A DNA stretch of 63,254 nt, counting the filler. It is 5 parts of 5 records of this genome, joined end to end, with 100 filler letters (N's around TTAATTAATTAA, not from the genome) between each part and the next. Parts side by side here need not be neighbours in the genome. Positions count along the whole stretch, not along the records: positions 1 to 14,319 come from SRR31156797_166; positions 14,420 to 21,257 come from SRR31156797_178; 3 more parts are not named here. One strand, written 5' to 3'. The position numbers and the translations under genes were made by a program. This document shows positions 10,257-18,480 of the stretch, one piece after another; within the stretch, counting starts at the first letter, position 1; every line of letters begins with the position of its first letter. A model generated the notes under the pieces. It searched no databases and had not been told where the DNA came from. It saw only the letters and a list, made by a program, of their open reading frames with translations.

Positions 10257-12530
10257 ATGAAATTAAAACAACTCTATATAATGCTTTTTTTGATAAATAT
10301 TTTCGCTTTAATCTTTGTAATAATGATGATTAGCGAATATCAAAAATCCAATAAAGCCCTTGAAATTGCGTATCAAATGCAACATAGATCCTTGATCTTA
10401 GCAGATGAACTAAGACAAAGTAGTGATGATCTCACCCGTATGGCTAGAACTTACGTAGTTACAGGGGATGAGCATTTTAAAAAGCAGTTTCAAATAGTTT
10501 TAGATATAAGAAATGGAATACTTCCAAGACCAAAACAATATAATCATATCTATTGGGATTTTTTGACTCTAAAAGAAACAAAGCCAATTTTAGATGGAGA
10601 GAAAATGCCTCTTAAAGAGTTGATGAGACAAGCAGGATTCCCAGAGACAGAATTAGAGCTTTTATATAAATCCCAACAAGAATCGGATGATCTTACCCAG
10701 CTTGAAACAAAAGCGATGAATGCAGTTCAAGGGATATTTCAAGATGAAAAAGGTGAGTATACAATTAAAAAAAAGCCTGATCTTGAATTTGCTGCAAAGA
10801 TTATGCATGGAGAGGAGTATCATAAAGCAAAGGTTGCCATTATGAAGCCTCTGAATCAATTTTATCAAGCTTTTGAAACAAGAACCCAAGAGCAAGTAAA
10901 TATTGCCCATGAAAAAGTACAGCAACTAGAATCATCTGTTGCATTAGCGATCTTTATACTGATCCTCTTAGTACTTTTTTCATTTTTCATTTTACTTTCA
11001 CGTATCTTTTATCCTCTAGAAAATCTAAAAAACTCAATGCTTGGACTCTCGCGTAATGATATGGAGACCCCAATCCCTGAACATGATCATTTAGATGAAG
11101 TAGGGGATATGATCAATAGTGTAGAAGTATTTAAACAAAATGCATTAAAACTTTTTCAAAAAGAGGAAAAACTTAAAAAAGCAATGAATGAAGCAAAAAG
11201 TGCCAATCGCTCTAAGTCTGTATTTTTAGCAAATATGTCCCATGAGTTACGAACACCATTAAATGCTATTTTAGGATTTGCAACACTTTTAAAAAAAGCA
11301 GAAAATCTCTCAGCCAATCAAAAAGAAAATCTACAAACAATCAGTAATAGTGGAGAGCATCTTCTAAAGATAATCAATGAGATCTTGGAGCTTTCAAAAA
11401 TAGAAGCTGGAAAGATAGAGATTGTAGAAGATGATTGTGATTTTTATCAAACTATTGAAGATATCAAAGGGATGTTTGATACAAGATATGAAAATAAACA
11501 GATAAAGCTTTATATAGATATGGATAGTAATGTGCCAAGATATATAGTCATAGATGAGCAAAGAGTACGTCAAATCCTTATCAACCTTTTAGGTAATGCT
11601 CTAAAATTTACGACTAAGGGAAGTGTATCTCTTAAAGTAACAAAACAAAACAATAGCCTTTGTTTTAAGATAATAGATACAGGAATAGGGATAAAACAAG
11701 AAGATTTAGAAATGATCTTTAAACCTTTTGAGCAAGTAAAAAGTGAACAATATATCCAAAAAGGAACAGGACTAGGACTCCCTATCACTAAAGAGCTTGT
11801 AACTCTTATGGGTGGAAAAATAAGTGTAATAAGTGAATATCTAAAAGGAAGCGAGTTTATTTTTGATATACAATATAGCTTATCAGATAAAAGTGATATC
11901 AAAAAAAAGTTTGAAAATACAAAAGTATTAAAAACTATAAAACAAACAAAGCAACATCGAGTATTAGTAGTAGATGATATAGAAGAAAATAGGATATTAT
12001 TAGTTCAAATGTTGCATCAATATAATATAAACACAGTAGAAGCAACAAATGGAAAAGAAGCTTTAGAGAAATTGGAAGTTGAAAGTGTTGATATGATCTT
12101 TATGGATATCTCTATGCCTATTTTAGATGGACTAGATGCTACGAGACAACTAAAACAAAATAAAGAGTATAAAAATATTCCAGTATTAATAGTCTCAGCC
12201 AATGTATTAAAAAGTGATGAACTCAAAGCTTTAAATAGTGGAGCAGATGCTTTTATGGCAAAACCTATTGATGAGGTAAAACTTTGTGAGTACCTAGAAG
12301 AGTTTTTAGAGATAAAGATAGTTTATGAAGAAGGTAGTTTAAAAGAAGAGCGTATGATTGGATTTTCACAAGAGATAAAACAAAAACTTCAAAAAGCTAT
12401 TGAGAGTTTGGATGTGGAAGAGATAAAAAATATTATTGAAAATGAGGATATAAAGAGTTCTACAAAAGAGCAGGTAGTTGAACTTGCTAATAGATTTGAA
12501 TTTGAGAAGCTTAAAACTTTAATTGTATAA
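10257..12530 (+). CDS. Membrane hybrid sensor kinase (periplasmic sensor-HAMP-HisKA-HATPase-REC)
   Basis: Two TMs flanking a periplasmic domain (ADELRQSSDDLTRMARTY); ANMSHELRTPLNAILG; NALKFT; GTGLGL; C-terminal REC (VVDD, FMDISMP). Confidence 0.92.
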   Translation: MKLKQLYIMLFLINIFALIFVIMMISEYQKSNKALEIAYQMQHRSLILADELRQSSDDLTRMARTYVVTGDEHFKKQFQIVLDIRNGILPRPKQYNHIYWDFLTLKETKPILDGEKMPLKELMRQAGFPETELELLYKSQQESDDLTQLETKAMNAVQGIFQDEKGEYTIKKKPDLEFAAKIMHGEEYHKAKVAIMKPLNQFYQAFETRTQEQVNIAHEKVQQLESSVALAIFILILLVLFSFFILLSRIFYPLENLKNSMLGLSRNDMETPIPEHDHLDEVGDMINSVEVFKQNALKLFQKEEKLKKAMNEAKSANRSKSVFLANMSHELRTPLNAILGFATLLKKAENLSANQKENLQTISNSGEHLLKIINEILELSKIEAGKIEIVEDDCDFYQTIEDIKGMFDTRYENKQIKLYIDMDSNVPRYIVIDEQRVRQILINLLGNALKFTTKGSVSLKVTKQNNSLCFKIIDTGIGIKQEDLEMIFKPFEQVKSEQYIQKGTGLGLPITKELVTLMGGKISVISEYLKGSEFIFDIQYSLSDKSDIKKKFENTKVLKTIKQTKQHRVLVVDDIEENRILLVQMLHQYNINTVEATNGKEALEKLEVESVDMIFMDISMPILDGLDATRQLKQNKEYKNIPVLIVSANVLKSDELKALNSGADAFMAKPIDEVKLCEYLEEFLEIKIVYEEGSLKEERMIGFSQEIKQKLQKAIESLDVEEIKNIIENEDIKSSTKEQVVELANRFEFEKLKTLIV

Positions 12531-12554
12531 AAAATATACAGTAATTTTAAAAAG

Positions 12555-12598
12555 ACAACACAAAAAACAACACTAAAACAACACTAACTTTTTATACT
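12555..12598 (+). promoter_or_regulatory. urtA promoter: three ACAACAC direct repeats followed by -10 box TATACT
   Basis: ACAACAC at 12555, 12567 and 12578; TATACT at 12593-12598; AAGGAG RBS before ATG 12628. Confidence 0.6.
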
Positions 12599-12627
12599 TC
12601 CTATGTTAAAAAACTTAAGGAGTAAAG

Positions 12628-13908
12628 ATGTTAAAAAACATTGCAAAAGGTTTGTCAATAGCAGCGATCGTTGGTATGACAATGGCAGCATCTGCCGCTG
12701 ATACGATTAAAGTTGGTGTACTTCACTCATTATCTGGAACTATGGCGATTAGTGAAACTACACTAAAAGATACAGTTTTAATGATGATCGAAGATCAAAA
12801 TAAAAAAGGTGGGGTTCTTGGAAAAAAATTAGAGCCTGTAGTAGTTGATCCAGCATCAAACTGGCCGTTATTTGCTGAAAAGATGAGAGGTCTTATTACT
12901 AAAGATAAAGTTGATGTTACTTTTGGTTGTTGGACTTCAGTTTCAAGAAAATCTGTTCTTCCCGTGGTTGAAGAGTTAAATGGAATCCTTTTTTACCCAG
13001 TACAATATGAGGGTGAAGAGTCTTCTAAAAACGTATTCTATACAGGTGCGTCACCTAACCAACAAGCTATCCCAGCAGTTGATTATCTTATGAATGAAAT
13101 TGGTGTAAAAAGATGGGTTCTAGCTGGAACTGATTATGTATATCCAAGAACTACAAACAAAATCTTAGCAGCTTACTTAAAATCTAAAGGTGTAGCGGAA
13201 AAAGATATCATGGTGAACTATACTCCATTTGGACATAGTGATTGGCAATCAATCGTAAGTGATATTAAAAAATTCGGTTCAGCTGGTAAAAAAACAGCAG
13301 TTGTTTCTACAATCAATGGTGATGCGAATGTTCCATTTTATAAAGAGCTTGGAAATCAAGGTATTTCTGCTGAAGATATCCCTGTAGTAGCATTCTCTGT
13401 TGGTGAAGAGGAGTTATCTGGACTTGATACGAAACCACTTGTTGGTCACTTAGCTGCATGGAACTATTTCCAATCTGCTGAAGCTGATGTAAATGATGAG
13501 TTTATCGCTTCATGGAAAAAGTTTATGAAAAACGATAAAAAAGTGACAAACGATCCAATGGAAGCTACATATATCGGATTTAAAATGTGGGTAAAAGCAG
13601 TTGAAAAAGCTGGTACTACTGACACTGATGCGGTAACTGATGCAATGATCGGTATTTCAGTACCTAACTTAACTGGTGGAATTGCAACTATGATGCCAAA
13701 TCACCACTTAACAAAACCAGTTCTAATCGGTGAGATTCAAGAAAATGGTCAATTTGAAACTGTATGGCAAACTGAGGGAACTGTAGTAGGTGATGCATGG
13801 TCAGACTTTTTACCAGGATCAAAAGATCTTATCTCTGATTGGAGAGCTCCTTTAAATTGTGGTGCTTATAATGTAAAAACTGCAAAATGTTCAGGACAAA
13901 ACTACTAA
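12628..13908 (+). CDS. urtA: Urea ABC transporter substrate-binding protein
   Basis: Signal peptide; IKVGVLHSLSGTMAISE, VDPASNWPLFAEK, FGCWTSVSRKSVLP, FYPVQYEGEE. Confidence 0.95.
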   Translation: MLKNIAKGLSIAAIVGMTMAASAADTIKVGVLHSLSGTMAISETTLKDTVLMMIEDQNKKGGVLGKKLEPVVVDPASNWPLFAEKMRGLITKDKVDVTFGCWTSVSRKSVLPVVEELNGILFYPVQYEGEESSKNVFYTGASPNQQAIPAVDYLMNEIGVKRWVLAGTDYVYPRTTNKILAAYLKSKGVAEKDIMVNYTPFGHSDWQSIVSDIKKFGSAGKKTAVVSTINGDANVPFYKELGNQGISAEDIPVVAFSVGEEELSGLDTKPLVGHLAAWNYFQSAEADVNDEFIASWKKFMKNDKKVTNDPMEATYIGFKMWVKAVEKAGTTDTDAVTDAMIGISVPNLTGGIATMMPNHHLTKPVLIGEIQENGQFETVWQTEGTVVGDAWSDFLPGSKDLISDWRAPLNCGAYNVKTAKCSGQNY

Positions 13909-13927
13909 TCAAAAATCAAAAAACTTC

Positions 13928-13951
13928 AAACGGGGATATCAATCCTCGTTT
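13928..13951 (+). other. Intercistronic stem-loop between urtA and urtB (mRNA stabiliser or partial terminator)
   Basis: AAACGGGGAT-atca-ATCCTCGTTT, 10-bp stem with one G:U pair. Confidence 0.5.
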
Positions 13952-13969
13952 ATCAAATAAAGGCAATCG

Positions 13970-14319
13970 ATGAAAAATATAACAAAAATAATATTTCTTA
14001 ATCTATTATTTTGTATCTCTGTATTTGCATCTAGCTTTGAAACAGATATCAAACCGCTTACAAAAAATAGTTTTAATACAAAACAAAAAGTGGTAGAAAA
14101 TATTGTGGCAAACTATGGTGAAAATGAGACACTTCCAATCCTTTTAAAAGCGATGATGGATGGTGATTTATACTATACAAAGTATCAAAAAGAGTTTGTC
14201 ATAGTGACAAAAAAAGATGGAAAAACTTATTACACTAAAAATCTTCTCACTGGAAAAGAGTTAGAACCTAAGAGTAAAAAAGAGTTTAAAAAAGTAAAAA
14301 CAAACAATAAATTAAGAAG
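13970..14319 (+). CDS. urtB: Urea ABC transporter permease UrtB, N-terminal periplasmic part (truncated at contig end)
   Basis: Signal peptide; directly after urtA; ends in K.VKTNNKLR, resembling the extended N-terminus of UrtB; permease domain not visible. Confidence 0.65.
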
Positions 14320-14419
14320 NNNNNNNNNNNNNNNNNNNNNNNNNNNNNNNNNNNNNNNNNNNNTTAATTAATTAANNNNNNNNNNNNNNNNNNNNNNNNN
14401 NNNNNNNNNNNNNNNNNNN
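14320..14419. other. Artificial contig spacer (44 N + TTAATTAATTAA + 44 N)
   Basis: Identical design at all four junctions; stop codons in all frames. Confidence 0.98.
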
Positions 14420-15457
14420 CATCCAAATACCAAAATCTGTAATCATAGGAACATCAGTTAGATTAGCTTGTGGCAATAAATCTATAACAAAGTTTTTAAA
14501 GCTTGCTAATATAGGCCAAGTATAATCAGTAAGTTTATATCCACCGACAATAGAGATTTCATAAACCATAAACATTAAGAAAATTAAAATTGGTAAAGCC
14601 AAAAATCTATTTAAAACTATTTTATCAACTTTATCAGTTATGGTAGTTTTATTTGGATTAGTCTCTTTTATTGCATTGTGATAAATCACATCAGAAGAGT
14701 CATATCTATAAGAGGCTAAAAATGCAATTGCATCTTTATCCTTTTTTTCATGGAATTGATTAACTTCATTTTTAATAAACTCTTCAATATTTGAATACTC
14801 TTCTTTAAGATATTCTATTATTGTAGAGTCCTCTTCTAATGATTTAATAGCTAACCATCTTCTGTTTTGTGCTAAAGTTGTATTTTCTATCTTTTCTTCT
14901 ATTTTATTTATATGTGGTTCTAACTCTTCATAATTGATTTGAAACTCTTCATAAGCCTCTTCACTCTTAGCTGTATCAACTACAGCTTTCATAATCTCTT
15001 TTGAACCTATACCTTTAGAACCACTTGCTTCAATAACTGGACAAGAAAGCATTTGAGATATTTTTTTTGAATCTATCTGTATTCCTCTTCTTTTTGCAAC
15101 ATCCATCATATTTAATACAACAATAACTGGAATACCAATCTCTAAAAGTTGAAATGTGAAATAAAGATTTCTTTTTATGTTTGAGGCATCTATAACATTT
15201 ACAATTAAATCAGGTTCCTCATCCATAATAAACTTTTTTGCAACTCTTTCTTCTAGTGAAAAAGAACTAAAAGAGTAAGTTCCAGGTAAATCAACCATCT
15301 CTATTCTATTTTTTTCATATGTGAAAAAACCAACTTTTTTATCAACTGTTACACCAGGATAGTTTGCTATATGTTGTTCTATTCCACTTACCATATTAAA
15401 TATGGTCGATTTTCCACAGTTTGGTTGTCCTGCAAGGGCTACTTTTATTTTATTCAT
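14420..15457 (-). CDS. feoB: Ferrous iron transporter FeoB (3' end truncated)
   Basis: G1 GQPNCGKS, G2 NYPGVTV, G3 DLPGTYS, G4 NMMD; DKIVLNRFLALP start of the membrane domain. Confidence 0.95.
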
Positions 15458-15694
15458 CTATTTAACCATCTCTATTAAAAGGGCTTCACTTTTTCTTACT
15501 GTTAAGTGATAATTGTGTAGTTTTAGCTCCATAGGATCAAAAAGTGGTGCTTCTCTTATAACTTCAATCTCTACATTGTTTATAAAACCCATATCTAAAA
15601 GTTTATGTAAGAGTTTTCCTTTTGCATGAAGCTTTAATACTTTTGCTTTTTCACCTTTTTTTAATGTTGCTAAGGTTTTCATTTCCATATTCAT
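15458..15694 (-). CDS. feoA: Ferrous iron transport protein FeoA
   Basis: LLDMGF..., APLFDPM, L.VRKSEA; abuts feoB. Confidence 0.93.
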   Translation of the reverse strand: MNMEMKTLATLKKGEKAKVLKLHAKGKLLHKLLDMGFINNVEIEVIREAPLFDPMELKLHNYHLTVRKSEALLIEMVK

Positions 15695-15703
15695 TTTTTA
15701 CCT

Positions 15704-17314
15704 TTACTGTAAAACAATTTCATCTAATTTTTTTAAATTTTTATCAAAAACAACTGCATGGTATTTTTTACCATCATTGAATCTAACTTGGTAATATTTA
15801 GGATTTGCTATTAATTGAAGTTTCATAGTTTTGTAGTCAAACCCTTTAAGTTCAAGCTTTTTAAACTCAAAAGTTTTGTAATCAATTAGATAAAAATTAC
15901 TGTTTTTATCAATTGCATAACCAGCTAGTTTTTGTTGTTTGTTTTCACTTATTTTTATAAATTTTATATCGATATTTTTGGGATAATCAATCTTTTCTAA
16001 ATGAAGTTTATTATCTTCTCTGTTTAATCTATAAAGATCATCTTTCTTATCAATAATAAAATACCCCAAATCAAAAGGTTTCATATTTGTGGTTTTACCC
16101 CAAATATGTATTGTAGGGAGAATAACACCTTTTGATTGAAGTAATGAGTTTAACTCAAAAGTTAGTTTATCATCAAAAAATGTGTTAAAACTGTATACTT
16201 TAAATTGCTTATTATTAACAGCAAACATCTCTTCTGGAAACTTTATAATCCCTTGATTCGTATTTGGGTTTATTAGTGGATAAAGTTGAACCTCTTTTTG
16301 TTTTAGAAAAGATGAGTTATAAGTAAAACTTAGTCTTGAGTTTTTAATTTCATTTTTTGAATACTCTTCTTTATCTATTTTAATAGGAAGTTTTTTTTGT
16401 ATATCTAAGTTTCTCCAATAAACAAAAGGAAGATAAGATTCGTACTCTTTCCTATCAAAAGTTTTTTGCTCTTTTATTCCATATTCAAATTGGTGTTCTC
16501 CAAAGTTTTTTTGATAAACAAACTTTTTTAATATTGGTGAATAAAATATATAATATTTATTAAATTGAAGTTGGTATAAATCTTTAAAATTTTGGTAAGA
16601 AAAAAAGCTAATGATTGGTATGAAAAGTACAGCAAACAGAAAATATAAACCTTTTGAAACTCTTTGTTCTTTTATACTTTTAAAACTATCTTGTACCATT
16701 ATTAGGTTTGCAAGTATTAAAAAAATAAAAAATAAATCATCAAGATTGTAAATTTTTTTATAAAACACAAAAACAGTAAAAATTGTAATTACAAGTTTTA
16801 AGATACTTAATATTGCTTTTTTTTCAATTATAGCTGCACTTACACCTAGATATAAAAGAGTTGAACCTAAAAGATTAAATCCAAAATCTTTTAAAACAAT
16901 AATTAGAATTTCATTTGGATAGAAACTATTCATTGTAATAAGTGTTGCAAATGTTATTAAAACATTTAAACTAATTAGAAAGAAAAATCCAACAAGAAGA
17001 TGTAAGAAAATAGCCTTTTCTAAACTTATTGGAAGATGTGTGATTATTTTGATTCTATTTCTAACTCTTTCTGGTAGAAATTGAGCCAAAGAGATTGAAA
17101 AAGCAATAATATAAATAAGTACAGATATATTTTCATAAGGTTTATGCTCTAAGTTAACAAATCTATACCACATCATAGATTCAGGTTCAACAGTATGAAA
17201 TAAAAAGTTTAAGTTATAAGCAAAGTATCCAAGACAGAAAATAGAAACCAAAACAATCAAGGCTAAAATAAATCTAGTTTTTAACCACTCTTTTTTTATT
17301 ATCGAATTTACCAT
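15704..17314 (-). CDS. Membrane protein: ABC-2-like permease N-terminus fused to DUF4857-like soluble domain
   Basis: KKEWLKTR start, AQFLPE..RIK..HLP, about 7 TMs, then YSP..LPFVYWRNL..LYPL..GKTTNMKPFDLGYF (recalled resemblance to DUF4857). Confidence 0.7.
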   Translation of the reverse strand: MVNSIIKKEWLKTRFILALIVLVSIFCLGYFAYNLNFLFHTVEPESMMWYRFVNLEHKPYENISVLIYIIAFSISLAQFLPERVRNRIKIITHLPISLEKAIFLHLLVGFFFLISLNVLITFATLITMNSFYPNEILIIVLKDFGFNLLGSTLLYLGVSAAIIEKKAILSILKLVITIFTVFVFYKKIYNLDDLFFIFLILANLIMVQDSFKSIKEQRVSKGLYFLFAVLFIPIISFFSYQNFKDLYQLQFNKYYIFYSPILKKFVYQKNFGEHQFEYGIKEQKTFDRKEYESYLPFVYWRNLDIQKKLPIKIDKEEYSKNEIKNSRLSFTYNSSFLKQKEVQLYPLINPNTNQGIIKFPEEMFAVNNKQFKVYSFNTFFDDKLTFELNSLLQSKGVILPTIHIWGKTTNMKPFDLGYFIIDKKDDLYRLNREDNKLHLEKIDYPKNIDIKFIKISENKQQKLAGYAIDKNSNFYLIDYKTFEFKKLELKGFDYKTMKLQLIANPKYYQVRFNDGKKYHAVVFDKNLKKLDEIVLQ

Positions 17315-18159
17315 TAATATTTTCCTACAAAACCTAAGAACTTGTCTTCAAAATCACAAGTAATCTCTTCTAGATTTTCAAATGTTTCAAATGAATATAT
17401 TTTTTTGGTGTTATTAAACTCTTCAATTCTATGAATTTTTGACTTGTCTATTTCTTCATCTTTTAATCTATAGCATTTGAAATTTTTTATAAAGTTTTCT
17501 AAACTGTCTTGGTAAACTTTTCCACCTTTTTGAACTATTGCAATATCATCAATTAATCCAACTAAGTCACTCATTACATGTGAAGTTATAAGAACAGTTT
17601 TATTTGTATTTTTAATATATTCTTTTAGATAATCAATAAACAGTCTTCTATATCCAACATCTAATCCCATAGAATAATCATCAAGAATAAGAAGTTTTGC
17701 ATTTTGAGCAAAAATTGCTCCTAAAACAACTTGTGATTTTTGTCCAAAGGATAGTGTTGAAAGTTTTTGTTTATAATCTAGGTTCATTAAATCAACTAAG
17801 TCATAAAATACTTTTTTATCCCAGTTTTTATAGAAGGGTGCAAAAAACTTTTCATACTCTTCAATGCTCATATAATCATAAGCAATAAAACCTTCATGAA
17901 GTAGGGCAATATCTTTTTTTGATTCTTTTGATAAATTATGAGAGTTTTCATTAAAAATCATACATTTTCCACTTTTGGGCTTAATATAACCCATTAAAAT
18001 ATTTATTAAAGTGGATTTTCCTACACCATTTTTACCAAGAATTCCATATATACTTCCTTCTTGAATTGAAAGGTTAAGATTATTGTAAATCTCTTTTGAG
18101 CCATAACTATGAGATAGGTTTTCGATTTTTATAATATTATTAGACTTACGCCTTGACAT
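17314..18159 (-). CDS. ABC transporter ATP-binding protein
   Basis: Walker A GKNGVGKST; signature LSFGQ; Walker B LLILDD; H-loop TSH. Confidence 0.92.
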   Translation of the reverse strand: MSRRKSNNIIKIENLSHSYGSKEIYNNLNLSIQEGSIYGILGKNGVGKSTLINILMGYIKPKSGKCMIFNENSHNLSKESKKDIALLHEGFIAYDYMSIEEYEKFFAPFYKNWDKKVFYDLVDLMNLDYKQKLSTLSFGQKSQVVLGAIFAQNAKLLILDDYSMGLDVGYRRLFIDYLKEYIKNTNKTVLITSHVMSDLVGLIDDIAIVQKGGKVYQDSLENFIKNFKCYRLKDEEIDKSKIHRIEEFNNTKKIYSFETFENLEEITCDFEDKFLGFVGKY

Positions 18160-18279
18160 CTATTTTCTTTTACTTGAACAATCTTTACTTCCACAGTTAC
18201 ACCCACTGCTTTTAAAAAGTTTTCTGTAAACATAATATCCTGCTAAAAGCGCAATAATAGCTAATGCTGCATTTTCCAT
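18160..18279 (-). CDS. FeoB-associated Cys-rich small membrane protein (39 aa; absent from ORF track)
   Basis: Hand translation MENAALAIIALLAGYYVYRKLFKSSGCNCGSKDCSSKRK*; AAGGA RBS; TAG abuts ATG of the ABC ATPase. Confidence 0.85.
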   Translation of the reverse strand: MENAALAIIALLAGYYVYRKLFKSSGCNCGSKDCSSKRK

Positions 18280-18308
18280 ACTAGTCCTTCAAGAATTAAA
18301 ATTAATTT

Positions 18309-18323
18309 TAATAATAATTATCA
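18309..18323. promoter_or_regulatory. Fur box
   Basis: TAATAAT-A-ATTATCA, one mismatch to the 7-1-7 consensus TGATAAT-N-ATTATCA; just downstream of minus-strand -10 TAGAAT (18330-18335) of the feo operon. Confidence 0.75.
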
Positions 18324-18480
18324 ATTGTGATTCTAATACAATAACTCTTTTGAACTACTTAAAATTTAATGGAAATAATTTTTTGTTAAAGTGTAATTTT
18401 TTTTGTTTTTTTTATAAGAAAAAATAAATTTAAAAAGAGTATAATCCCAGATTATGCAAACAAAACCCAAAGGTTTTATT

